Notes: a model not told the origin generated them from the sequence alone. A DNA stretch of 64,000 bases from Octopus sinensis (GCF_006345805.1 NC_042999.1:111600001-111664000), one strand, 5' to 3'. Shown: positions 26,720-40,717, numbered from the stretch's first letter. Program-made: numbers and translations.

Positions 26720-27035
26720 GCAACGGAGTAACAAAAACGTACTTCGGTATGACGTGCAACTCGTACAGGGAAAGGTATACACAACACCTGGCGTCATTCA
26801 GAGATAAAAATAATTTTAAAAATATGCAGCATCCTTACCAAATATGATATGAACATTTAAAGGTATAACATGCAAACCCACAAAAAAATGGACCCTTATT
26901 GATAGAGCAAAAAAATACAGAGGACAGGATACCAAATGTGAAATCTGTACTATGGAAAAACTAAGCATTATACAATCAACATAACATCCCAAGCATTAGG
27001 GATGAAATCTTCTCTCCCTACTTACATAAGCAGTA
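26720..27035 (+). mobile_element. PLE GIY-YIG endonuclease relic
   Basis: KTYFGMTCNSYRERYTQHLASFRDK (26734-26808) and KWTLIDRAKKYRGQDTKCEICTMEKLSII (from 26886). Confidence 0.75.
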
Positions 27036-27769
27036 TATTACACTCAAATACTTCAAAGCAGAGCCGCCATCTGCGACGTTAGTTCTACCAGGATAGCTCC
27101 TTTCCTGAACGAGAAATTTGAACACAGATAGCACACAAAATCCACGCACAAGAAAAATGACCCAATGACGAAGTACCTCATCGCACAAGAACATAAAATA
27201 ATACACCCAGAAAATAAAATAAAATGATGCAAATAAATTGACCGCACAACTATTTTCCCAAAAGCCAAATCCAAGGAAAACAAGCATTCAAAAGATGCCA
27301 TCCAAGAGTAACGTCACTTGTGTGAATATATGTGTGCATGTATGTATATGTTTGCACAAGAGTGTACATTGTTTTCTCTTTGATTATGCAAACCACGTGA
27401 ATAAATGTACAGTTAACTTCTTATTGCATTCAAATAAATGCCCACTTAACCGATCAAAATCTCAAGCGGCATTGGTTGCAATTACCAATGAGTGTTTTCT
27501 ACACCGCCAACCACCTAGGTGAGAAAAAAATGTATTTTCTACAAAGTGAGCAATCTTAGTATTAATCTGTTAAAATCTCTCGAGAAGTTCTGAAGCCAAA
27601 AACTAATCATAATAAATAACTACATAACAAGGAAAAATAAAGAATACAAAGATAAACAAATAAAATTGAAAGTAAAAAAAGAAAGATAAACAATTAGACC
27701 TAACAATGTTATCTATAGATTAACTGTCATAAATTGAAGCCAACAGTTAACTACTAATGCAATGAAAAT

Positions 27770-28085
27770 TGCAATAATAATAATAATGATGGTAGTGATG
27801 GTGATGCCAATGATGATGATGATGACGACGATGATGATGATGATGATGATGACGATGACGGTGATGATGATGACGACGACGACGACGATGACGACGACGA
27901 CGACGGCGACGGTGATAACTGTGAGGATAGTTATGATGATGATGATGATAATGATGATGACGATGACGATGACGGTGACAATGATAATAATGGCGACGAC
28001 GATGACGATGGTGATGATGATGACGACGACGATGACATTGGCAACAACAACAACAGCAACAACATCAACGACATCAACGACTGCA
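27770..28085. repeat. (GAT)n/(GAC)n/(CAA)n microsatellite
   Basis: Direct inspection. Confidence 0.95.
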
Positions 28086-28812
28086 ATATCACAATATGGT
28101 CTTCGCCGGCATTGGACAAAATACAATGCAATTCTTTGAAATTGAAGAAAATATGAATGGTGTTGCCAAAAAAAAAAATAGAATATATATCAATAACAAT
28201 AATAATAATAATAATTGTAAAATAAATCAGGAGGAATTCTTCACATTTTTGGTTCACTGAAGATCACAGAAGAATATCTTTTATATTTCATTTTATTTTA
28301 TTTTATTTTATTTATTTACTATTATTTTTCAAGAGGAGTAACACGAGATGTGGAAAGAGAGAAAATACGAAATCAAGAGCATAAAAAGTATTGAGGAAAT
28401 TATCACTAAAGAGGAGAAGGATATTAAAAGATATTCATTCTATCTAGTGGCTATTCCATTAGGGTTCTTAATTATCCAAGTGTAATCACACGAAACAAGC
28501 CTTTTCCGAGAGTGTCAAGGGAAATGCAGATATTCTTTATAAAGATTCTTTCAGAAAAAAATAGGAAAAACTGCTATCTTTGTTAAATCTCTCGAGCCAA
28601 TGTATGTATGTTTGTATGTACGCATGTTTGAATGTCTGCGAATGTCTATGAGAGTGTATGTATGTATGTATGTATGTATGTATGTATGTATGTATGTATG
28701 TATGTATGCATGCATGATGTTAGGTATGCTTGTGTGAATTCATTTTGTGCTTGTATGTATGCATATATATATTAATATATTCATATGTATGGCTATGTCT
28801 GCATGAATATAC

Positions 28813-28852
<40 letters not shown>

Positions 28853-29036
28853 ATATATATAAACACATCCATTCTTCCACTCACGCAGTGGCCCATTCAT
28901 AAATGTATTATCGAGATAGAAAGATAGAAAGATAGATAGATAGATAAATAGATAGACAAATGATAGATATAGTGAACGGAAGACATGTATATATGCAGGT
29001 ATATGATATACAGTGTATATATGTATATATATAATA

Positions 29037-29109
<73 letters not shown>

Positions 29110-29306
29110 ACATCGTACGCTATATTTATCGTATGTTTATCTCGCTATCTGTTCGTATATCTCTGTCTATTTATCTATCTTTCTAATATACACGTATGCA
29201 TACATACACACGCACACATGTATATATATATATATATATAAATATATATATACATACATATGTATATTATATTATATACATAAATACATATATGCATGTA
29301 TTGTGC

Positions 29307-29346
<40 letters not shown>

Positions 29347-29804
29347 TTCATAGAATCTTATGGTTATCACAGAAGTCTCGTCTAGTGGACCTGGGTATCA
29401 TACAACATAGTAATCCAGTACGGAGGCGTGTTATGCAAAGCTTTATGCAGCTGAATTTCAGATCGAATCGATGAAATAATTTCACGGGGATTATATAAAC
29501 CATAAAAAATCAGTATGAATATATATATTTATTTAGCCACTTGATGTCCCTAGGATTGCAGCAGGTTCGAAGCATTCATTATGTAATGATAATTTCAGTT
29601 TATAATAAATTATTTCTCAAAATTTTTCTGACACGATGTTATGGTGATCTGAGGAGTAAGCTTTCTTTATCTGCATTGATCTGTAAATGTTCAATCGGAC
29701 CATGCTTAGCCTGCATATTAATGCAGATATGTAAAATAACTTATTATTTATCACATATATATTCCATATATAAGCACACACACACATACACACATTTATA
29801 TATA

Positions 29805-29896
29805 TTTTAGGTGTTTGCGCTCAATAAACACTCACAATGCCCGGTCTGGGAATCGAAACCGCGATCCTACGACCGCGAGTCCGCTGCCCTAATCTA

Positions 29897-29898
<2 letters not shown>
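29805..29898 (-). mobile_element. tRNA-derived SINE family C head fragment
   Basis: Minus strand TAGATTAGGGCAGCGGACTCGCGGTCGTAGGATCGCGGTTTCGATTCCC has A/B-box-like spacing but no acceptor stem. Confidence 0.65.
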
Positions 29899-29937
<39 letters not shown>

Positions 29938-29939
<2 letters not shown>

Positions 29940-31133
29940 CACACCGGTCTCACGTCATTTCCGCTCCACCGGTCACTCCCTGCAACACCTATCTGTGTTC
30001 GGTTTGTCCTTACACAGAGGCCATCCGGATTCCCGTTTGCGCCGTGAACAGGAATTAATCTTCTCTCTTCGCTCTTATACGCCATTGGTCTCAAACTCTC
30101 CCCCCCCCTCATCTAACCTCACCCCCCTCCTCACATATCCTTTCTCCCCCCGACCCCTACTTCTTCAGTCCTTCATCCTTTCACCCTACTCCCCTTCCCT
30201 TCTTCCCTCTTTCTCCCTCCCTCTTCCCCTCCCTCTGCTCCCTCACTCCCTCTCGCCCTTCTCTCTACCCCCTCCCTCTTTCCTCCTTCTCCTCTCTCCC
30301 TCACTCCCTCTCTCCCCCTTTCTCTCCCCCCTCTCCCTCTTTTCCTCCTTCATCCCCTCATCCCCTTCCTTCTCCCAATATCCTCTCCTCTCCCCCTTCT
30401 CCTCCCCCTTCTCTTCCCCTCCCCTTCTCTTCCCCCTCTTCTCCCCTTCCCCCTCTTCTCCTCACTAACCACATGACTTTAACATCACATCACATATGAT
30501 GTGCCATACTAATACACACCCACAACAATACATACTAATACGTACTAATACATACTAGTACATACTAATACTTACACCAACCCTATACATACACACGTCC
30601 AGACCCGCATACGCACTTATACTCTCTCACACACACACACACACACCTATACATACCAATACGTACTAATACATACTAATACATACACCAACCCCATATA
30701 TACGCACGTCCAGACCAATCTTACGCACTATACTCTCTCATACACACACACACACACACACCCTTATACATACTAATACATACACCAACCCTATACATAC
30801 ACACATCCAGACCCCTCCCACGCACTTTTAGCTGGTCCCTCAACCCATTATCAACCCTATTATCTCCCCTTATTCGCTCTCGCGTCTCATGTTTGATCTT
30901 TGACCTCTGGCCGAAATCAGATCGCCATGTTGATTCGTTAGCTACAGCCATTTTTTTTTCTCTCCTTCTTTCTGTGTTTTTCTCTCTCTGTGTATCTTTC
31001 TGTTGAAGAGCGTAGGCTCGAAACGTAAAGTAAAGACTTGTTTTATTTATATTTCCTGGCGCCATACTAATACAATTGTTCGTTGTTTTCCACCTGCCTT
31101 CGTCTTTTGTTTATTTTCATAAAGCTTCCCGTT
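29938..31133 (+). mobile_element. 5'-truncated PLE (Neptune-like C-terminus) with long pyrimidine-rich terminal repeat
   Basis: DTPVSRHFRSTGHSLQHLSVFGLSLHRGHPDSRLRREQELIFSLRSYTP from 29938 matches the PLE GIY-YIG C-terminus (PVxRHF..H..RE..I..L.T..P.GLN). It is followed by a CT tract, ~100-110-bp repeats and a hammerhead-like motif at 31000. Confidence 0.8.
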
Positions 31134-31167
31134 ATATATATATATATATATATATAATTATATATAG

Positions 31168-31199
<32 letters not shown>

Positions 31200-31210
31200 A
31201 TATATATATA

Positions 31211-31271
<61 letters not shown>

Positions 31272-31575
31272 CATATTATATATGTGTATGTATGTATGTA
31301 TATACTATATAATCTTAAATATGTAAATAACATTAATACTCATAAGCGATAATAATGTTAGTGGCCGTATAGGCAAAACAAGGGTGCTATGAAGTACCAG
31401 CTGGGACTACATATCGCCCTAGTATATATAATTCTTAAATGTATCTATTAATTTTGCCTATATATATATATATATGCTAGATACATGGATAGACAGATAA
31501 TTTGCTTGCAATTTCTGTCTGTCAGTTACTCTTGCACATAAATACAGACATATATTCACACATACATATATCACA

Positions 31576-31633
<58 letters not shown>

Positions 31634-31734
31634 CTGTATATATGTGATATATATGTGTGTGTGTTTACATATCAACGCGCATTGTATTAAGATGTATATA
31701 CACGTATATACACTATAAATATATTCTTTCATTC

Positions 31735-31778
31735 TTTTATTTGTTTGTCATTTGACTGCGGCCATGCTGGAGCAACGT
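31735..31778 (-). mobile_element. SINE family A 3' tail fragment
   Basis: GTCATTTGACTGCGGCCATGCTGGAGCA. Confidence 0.7.
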
Positions 31779-31784
31779 CTTTAC

Positions 31785-31831
<47 letters not shown>

Positions 31832-31859
31832 GAACATGTAAATATATATGAATTTACAT

Positions 31860-32085
31860 ACATGCACGCATACATACATACATACATACATACATACATA
31901 CATACATACATACATACATACATTCATACATACATACATACATACATACATACATACATGCATACATACATACATACATACATACATACATACATACATA
32001 CATACATGCACACATACATACATACATACATACAATACATACATACATACATACATACATACATACATACATACATACATACATG
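31860..32085. repeat. (TACA)n microsatellite
   Basis: Direct inspection. Confidence 0.95.
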
Positions 32086-32495
32086 CACTGACTCAGAAAT
32101 ATCACGGTAGACAAAGATACTGAGCAAAAGGTAAAGAGTTGAGAATCAGTTCACTGAACAGAGGATAGAAAACAGATAGAAGAGAAAGAAAGAAAGAAAG
32201 CACAAAGATACGCTGAATAACTACCTACTTAGAGAAATTATGGTGTATAGAAGTGATGTCTGTTATAAATGTACTTTATATTGTTTAGTATGATAAGGGA
32301 AAATGTTATTGTTGTATTTATGAATGTCATAGGGTATTGAAAAAATTCATTGAACTGGAGTAGGTGAAGAATGCCATATATGTATAAGGGGTAAATGGGA
32401 AGAAGAAAATAGTAAAACAGTATTGAGTGAATGGCATGGAATAGGTAATTTTATGAAGCAGTCTGGTATCTTTGACTGTATACAATAGCAAAAGC

Positions 32496-32527
<32 letters not shown>

Positions 32528-33870
32528 ATAATATATAATATATATATATATGTGTGCGTGTGTGTTTCTGGGTGTATATATATATATATAATATAATATA
32601 TATAATATATATATATATATATACATATATATACATACACATGCCACAAGCACCTTCATAAATATGTGTGTATGTGTGTGTATACAGATATATATTCATA
32701 TATATATATATGCCACTCAACATACATGTATATTTTCACACACACACATATATATGACAGACATAGAGTGTATACATGTATATATATATATATTATATAT
32801 ATATATATATATTATATATATAGATTATATATATAGTATATACGTATGTGTACGTGTATATACGCACATACGTCCATACGCATACATCCCTCCACATACA
32901 TCGAAACAAAACACAAGCTCACATCACATACAACATACATACATACATACATACATACATACATACATACATACATACATACATGCATACGTATTTAACA
33001 CTGCAACATGAAAATTACATGGATTAACACTCATGTAAAACTGCATTTATTTGTGGGATAAATAACTCACTATACATTATTTGCTAGACAAGGAAATTAA
33101 TATTTTCTTCATGATAATGATCATGATAGTCATCATCATCATCATCATCCTCATCATCATCATCATCATCATCACATCACCACCACCACCACTACCATCA
33201 TCATTATCATCATCTCAACCATCATCATCAACATTATTATCACTATCATCGTCGTCAGCATCGTCCTTATTGATAATACCAAAACTATTATTAATTGGTT
33301 CTATTATTGCTATTATTATTGCTGTAACCGTTTTTGTACCTATTATTCTTCGTCTAAGCGTTGTTTTTGTTGTTGTTGCTGTTGTTGTTAATACTACTAC
33401 TATCCTCATGACGTTTGTCATGAAAGATGAAGAAGAATTAATATTTTTGCTATCATCATCATCATCATAATTATTCTTATTCTGATTGCTATTATCACTA
33501 TTATTATTATTACTTCTATTATTACAAGAGAGTATTGCAAGCGATAAAACTGTACACCTATATAAATTATCTCTCTAACATTGCCGTCACTGTCTGCTTG
33601 TCTGGAACAGGGCAATGGTATTTCAACGTATAACATTTAGCGATATTTTTATTATTTTATCCATTTAGTTATCTGTTAACTATTTAACTTTATCATTCTG
33701 TCTAAAACAGGCAGACTGATGTAACAGTTTTAGGTGTATTATTGTATCGAGTTAATTAGATTTTTTTGTTAGTTTTTTTAATGTTATTTTGTATTACTAG
33801 TTTTTAAAGAGAGAAAACGTATGTATGAATGCATATACTCACACACACACACATACATACATACATACAT

Positions 33871-33916
<46 letters not shown>

Positions 33917-34096
33917 TGTATATATGGTGTGGTGTGTATATGTATATATGTGTCATTATTTATACATGTATACATACATATATGTATACTTAAATATATA
34001 CATACACATTCGTACACAGATATATGAACACATACACACATATATAGGCATGAATGCAAATATATATGTGTGTGTATGTGAGTGTGTGTGTATGTA

Positions 34097-34140
<44 letters not shown>

Positions 34141-34774
34141 TGTCTGAATGAAGAGTGTATGAAAAGATTTGAGCAAAGTGTTGTTACGAATTACATATCC
34201 ACACATACACAGTCACACACATATGTAGATGGTTATAAATATATATATGCTTACATACTTTTATGCATATATATTTACACATCTACACACACACACGTAT
34301 GTGTGTATGTGAGATATCTTCTCATACGCAAACATAACGGAAATTAGTCTCAAGTTTTGTGCTCAGGATGAGAAAAAAATCAGGGGAAAAAATAATAATT
34401 ATTATTACATCTCGAGTGTAATTTTGCGAAAAACAGTGAAGCTAAGGTATTTTGCAGGTACTTCAAAGGTAAGTACAAAAGTATTGTCATGAAATGATTG
34501 CCTGGTCAATTGCATTTATACTTAAAGATAAGTAGATTTTCTAATTTCCATCATGAATGGTAGCCAATTTAGATATCCAGAGAGAGAACTAAATGCGTTT
34601 CCTCATTCCCCCAAGTATTTTCGGTTTTCATATTGTGTTGCAAATTGATGAAGCATTAGTTTTCACTTTCCTCATAAATATCAAATTCTCTGTTAAGAAA
34701 AGACCATCTTGAAAATTATATTTTGATGCAAGCCAACTCTTAGCTGATTAAAGAGGTGAAAAGAATAAGTTGAC

Positions 34775-34857
34775 GCTGACGACGACGACGAAGAGGAGGA
34801 TGATGATGATGACAATGACGGCACTGATGCTAATGATGATGGTGATGATGATGATGT

Positions 34858-34901
<44 letters not shown>

Positions 34902-35135
34902 ACGATGATGACAATGATGGCGCTGATGCTGATTTTGATAATGATGATGATTATGATGATAATGACGTCGACGATGACGGTGGTGGTGGTGGTGGTGGTG
35001 GTGGTGATGTTCGTCGTCGTCGTCGTAGTCGTGATGATGACGATGATGACGATGACAACGATGGCGATGACGACAACGACTACGACGCCGCCGCCGCCGA
35101 CGAGGACGATACGGCGATGATGATGATGATGATGA
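34775..35135. repeat. Compound (GAT/GGT/CGT/GAC) tract
   Basis: Direct inspection. Confidence 0.9.
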
Positions 35136-35919
35136 TTTGTGTGAACGTGTGTGTCAGTGATATTTTGTGAGGTGATATGGTGTGATTCGATGATAATGAC
35201 GATGTATGACATTATAATGACAAAACCACGTAGACAGACAAATAAAGTGATATAATGTTAATCACACGAATACGTACAAACAACAGTTTCACCTACGCCA
35301 CAAAGATATACATAAATACGTTGTACGTACATAGATGTATAAAGATAAGCAAAGTGCATAAGATCAATATCTAGTACTTTCATTCATGATATATGTGTAC
35401 ACGATGGCCAATGTATATATATATGTTTCGAGATCCATTATTTCAAAGACAATGTGTGTCTGAGTGTATGTATATGTGTGTACGTAAGACATATACACTG
35501 AATTATATGTGTATCTTTCTTATATTTTTCTAGTTAAAAGAGAAGGGCCTTTTGGTATGATAAAAACCACGCGAGGGATTAAGTCTAACCGTCCGGATAA
35601 TCCCCAATGGGGTGCGAACGGTTCCAACATATAAACACTCACATGCATAGATGTACGTATACATATGCATACATATATGTATGTGCATTCCGATAATGTT
35701 TGAAGCATGTTATATCACCTAATGAGGCTCAATGATCTGTGCGTTGCATCTGATGTTATTACATCGTTACACACCCACTAAAGAGCAGTGGAGAGTGAAG
35801 CAGAAACGATTGTTGGGCTAATAAAGCTTCTAGTTAAACTCCGGCTTCCACCTCGATAACTTAATGTATATATCTGCATCAATCACTTAACATATATATG
35901 TGTGTGTGTGTTTGTATAA

Positions 35920-35973
<54 letters not shown>

Positions 35974-36118
35974 GTATACATATACATATATATATATATA
36001 TGCATTTATATACGTGTGTATATATTTATATAAGTATATCTATCTCTTTGTGTGTGTGCTTCTATCTGCGCGTGTGTGTATGCATGTGTTAATATAATAT
36101 ATATATATATATATATGC

Positions 36119-36173
<55 letters not shown>

Positions 36174-36243
36174 TATATATATATATATATATATATCTTA
36201 AATTTAAAAAAATATTTAAAACATCCACGTATATATATACTCA

Positions 36244-36615
36244 TTTACTCTTGTTTCAGTCGTTTGACTGTGGCCATGCTAGTGCAAATCGACCCCAGGG
36301 CTTATTCTTTGGAAGACTAGTACTTATTCTATCGGTCTCTTTTGCCGAACCGCTAAGTTACGGGGACGTAATCACACCAGCATCAGCTGTCAAGTGATGT
36401 TGGTGGGACAAACAAAGACACACAAACATATACACACACATACATACATATATACGACGGGCTTCTTTCAGTTTCCGTCTACCAAATCCACTCACAAGGC
36501 TTTGGTCCAGCCGAGGCTATAGTAGAAGACACTTGCCCAAGGAGCTACGCAGTGGGACTGAACCCGGAACCATGTGCTGGTAAGCAGCTACTTACCACAC
36601 AGCCACTCCCACGCC
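36244..36615 (-). mobile_element. SINE family A, full length
   Basis: Matches the other copies along its whole length, with a small deletion in the tail. Confidence 0.9.
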
Positions 36616-36647
36616 TATAACATATATATGTGTATATTATATATATA

Positions 36648-36726
<79 letters not shown>

Positions 36727-37360
36727 GATATACGAGGAGAGAGAGGAGAGAGAGAGAGAGAAGAGAGAGAGATACGTGGACATTTTTAAATATGCTTTAA
36801 ATTTAAGATTTATTTGAACAGTAGAAAATTATACATTTTGCAGTTTTGTTGACGAGAAAATGTATACAAAGCCTACATGAACAAGAACGAATTTTTTCTT
36901 TACTATTTTGTATAAGAAAGTTCAAATTTAAAAGCCAATTTAGACATTTTCATTTCTTTAATATTTAACTAAAATACTTGAATATTACTGAGAGCAATAT
37001 AAAGAGAAATTAATGGAATATCTGATGACATTTTATGTCTTACTTGCATGCACATATCTGCAAATACAGATATGATACATCTTTTTCATACGCCTCTGTA
37101 GAAATGGAATCTGACAGTTATTATACATGTAAGTTCAGTGGGCAGATGTGAAATCCTCATGTTCTAATTCTCTTGTTTTCAAAGTTTTGCGTTTACACAC
37201 ACACACACACACACACACCACACACACACACATGCACACACACACAGAGGCATACACACACACACACACACACACAGACTCTCACACACTTATATATATC
37301 TCAGCATGTATGGATATGCAAACATGTAAAATATATATATGTATATATGCAATATATACA

Positions 37361-37764
37361 GGCGCAGGAGTGGCTGTGTGGTAAGTAGCTTGCTTACCAA
37401 CCACATGGTTTTGGATTCATTCCCACTGCATGGCACCTTGAGCAAGTGTCTTCTACTATAGCTTCGGGCCGACCAAAGCATTGTGAGTGGATTTGGTAGA
37501 TGGAAACTGAAAGAAGCCCGTCGTATATATGTATATATATATGTGTGTTTGTGTGAGTATATGTTAGTGCATCTGTGTTTGTCCCTCCAACCTCGCTTGA
37601 CAACCGATGGTGGTGTGTTTACGTCCCCGTAACGTAACGGTTCGGAAAAAAAGACCGATAGAATAAATACTAGGCTTCAAAAGGGGTCGATTTGCTCGAC
37701 TAAAGGCGGTGCTCCAGTATGGCCGCAGTCAAATGAGTGAAACAAATAAAAGAGTAAAAACAGT

Positions 37765-37772
<8 letters not shown>
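37361..37772 (+). mobile_element. SINE family A, full length
   Basis: GGCGCAGGAGTGGCTGTGTGG start at 37361 and GTCAAATGAGTGAAACAAATAAAAGAG tail. Confidence 0.9.
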
Positions 37773-37825
<53 letters not shown>

Positions 37826-38759
37826 TGTGTGTGTGTGTTAGACTGCGTTATCTGACATTTGCATACTTTAGTTGATATTTCCTAATTAGTCCTTCATATT
37901 TTGCCAAGAGCAAAATCTTTCATAAGTCCATCAAGAAGTCTAGAAATTCTCGGTCTCATGCACGGGATTAAATATCTCTTACTAACAGTTTTTTATTGAG
38001 GTGTTTTTGTAGAAAGCATCAAGAATCATAGCTCTAATATTGTTACTGATATATTTCTGACAGAATTAAAATTTAAACATTAACTCTAAATTACTTTCAA
38101 CAGCCATTAATTGTCGTATATTGCATGTTTTTTCTCTTTTGTTTCTTTTTTTTTTTGTTAGATTACTATTAATAAAACTTTCAACTTGTTCATCTGCAAG
38201 CATTTTTTATAATCAAACATTAGGTGGTTGCGTTATTATCAACTAATGTTTTCTATCTGGTTTCGTTTCGTGTTCTGTATTGTAATATGCTGCAGTTTTG
38301 CTCCATGTAGTAAAATGCATTGTCAGCTGACGTTAAAGCGTTGTTTATTACTTTCTGTGATGAAACCATTAATAAACAGCGATACACAAAACTATAACAA
38401 AAATGTGCTTAACACGAAACTCAAAGATGTCCTTTAATATCTTAGAAAAATCATAAAGAAAACAATAAGATGAGGAAATACATACCACAGGTTTATGTAC
38501 ACGTGTCTGTAAGCATATATATGTATGTGAAAATAGTAAGAGTAGACTAATGTATTCGTTATTATGAACGAAAGAGAATATATCCTAATAATAATCAATA
38601 ATACACTATACGATAACTGCAAATTCCCCAAAATATAAAAATATATAATTACATAATTAAATATTAAACCCAACTAATTAATTTACCACTACAAACGCAG
38701 CAACATGATCTAATATTCTTTCGACAAATAAAGAGATATTTAGATCCAACAAATATCTA

Positions 38760-39950
38760 TGGAACTATAAAGACTCGCAAACAAAATATAATCTTCTAGT
38801 CAATGCAGCTACACACAAGATTATTACAGAACTAAACCTAATCACTAAATATGTACGGAAGAAATATATTTTATACACACATCTGAGGTGTTTTAAAAGA
38901 AATCCTACAGGAAATCAACAACTTTGGCAATATTTCCCCGAAAGAAAATTCTTCCCCAATGACATCTTAGTCTTGATACTACACCATATATAGAAATGCA
39001 AGATACAAAATAATAAAAGAATTCGATTATCTTATAATTCCTACAAAGCATTCAATGCATTTAGAAAGAAGTGGTGATGTGTTCTCCACGTGGGCGTACG
39101 TCTGTGGCTTCAGCTTTGAGAACATAACCATATCACCTGCACTCGATACCTTGAATGTGTATTTACAATAGCTGATGGGCCAACGGGAGATTATGAGAAT
39201 AATTCCCTCTTCAATATTAACACTGAACTTTTCTATTTCAAGATAAATAGATACAGCCATTCAGCTTTAAGATATGAATTTAGAAATAAGAAACAGTATA
39301 TGTAGCGCATCTCAATACACAAAAAATGCCATCGAACACATTTATGCATGAGGCCAGCGATTGTCTTTATAGATATAAAATGTCTGTTCGGAAATCCTTT
39401 ATGAGACGAGCCATTAAAATTTCATCAACAAAAGATGTTTTTAAAGAAAGAATTCCAATAGGACTAATAAACTTCAATCAGTAACGAATACTTGAGTACA
39501 AATATTTGTTACTGTAGAGCAATTCAAAGCAAATTTACATTTACAGTTATAACAGACAGTTTTCCAAAGGACAAAGCATCATGCAAACAACATATATATA
39601 TATTGTACTATATAAACAAAATGTACCCTAGTTATAGAATGGATGATGTAGTCATTAAAACAGTGTTATGACAGAGATTGCAATATATACCTCGCCTATC
39701 TACGTACTAACAGTTACAATACAGTGCAGAAACATTAGACATAAAATCATCATCTTCATCACAAACCCATAAATTCTAAGGCCGCAGAATCTAAGAGTTG
39801 TATAGAACTTTTTAGCAACTGATACATGGCATACAACATTTCCTTGGTGGTTTAACATGTATTTGCAACAAGAAACTACGAAAGCACTTTACCATACGGA
39901 ATACTGAATACAAATATAAAAAACAAATACGTTTTTGTTTCAGTGACATG
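38760..39950 (+). mobile_element. Ancient PLE relic of a different lineage
   Basis: EVVMCSPRGRT (39068-39100) is five single-base changes from GVAMGSPLGPT. Also ASDCLYRYKMSVRKSFMRRAIKISST (from 39353), KMYPSYRMDDVVIK (from 39618) and WHTTFPWWFNMYLQQ (from 39827; cf. GHTT..LSRRLTMHLQ). Confidence 0.6.
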
Positions 39951-40612
39951 AAGATTTAGAAGGTAATATATTTCGTTCTCATTAGCTTAATTTGAACTCA
40001 ATTGAACTTAAGATAGAAGTAGATCACTTGAGTGAGATTTGAATATTCTTGTTAGATGTTCAAGTAACAAATATGAAGCCACCCTGAAGTCATCAGACAG
40101 AGTAAAATATATTGTGAATTAAAAAGAAAAGAAGATTCTGATAACTGCTTTTACTAGGATTGTTATTTATTCCATGCACGATAAATAAGAGCTGTTTCGT
40201 GATTTCTCACATACAGGAAATCTATACGTACGATCATGCTTACATCAGATTTTTCCATTTCTTTTTTCACTCATCTATCAGAGAAAATATAGCATCCATG
40301 CTGACTAGGCTCTAGCGAAAACAAAAAAGGAAAAAAACTTACACATTTTCATCAATTTTTTTTAATGTGCGATGAAGTATTTATCTGTTGGGCTTGCTAT
40401 GTACAATTTCTTTTTTTAATATTACACTTACGTCTTGTGATCATTACTTAAAAACGTTTATGACAGAGCAGAATGATGTTTCACCGACATATTTTTGATG
40501 TAATTCTTTTCCATTGTTGTTTTTCTGTACTACTGAGTGTAGTCACACTTTTAGATTGAGGGAAGGCGCCATGTCCTTAGCGATCTTGCATGAGGAGATA
40601 ATTAAATATAAT

Positions 40613-40658
<46 letters not shown>

Positions 40659-40684
40659 TATATATAATATATATTATATGTACG

Positions 40685-40717
<33 letters not shown>

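Noticed and set aside
29805-29898. tRNA gene (also the SINE heads at 37361 and 55718)
   Set aside because: A/B boxes are present, but there is no acceptor-stem pairing and the sequence continues into a SINE body.
29950-29970. ETS-CRE composite promoter motif (minus strand GCGGAAATGACGTGA)
   Set aside because: It falls within PLE coding sequence (SRHFRS), which explains the CpG richness.
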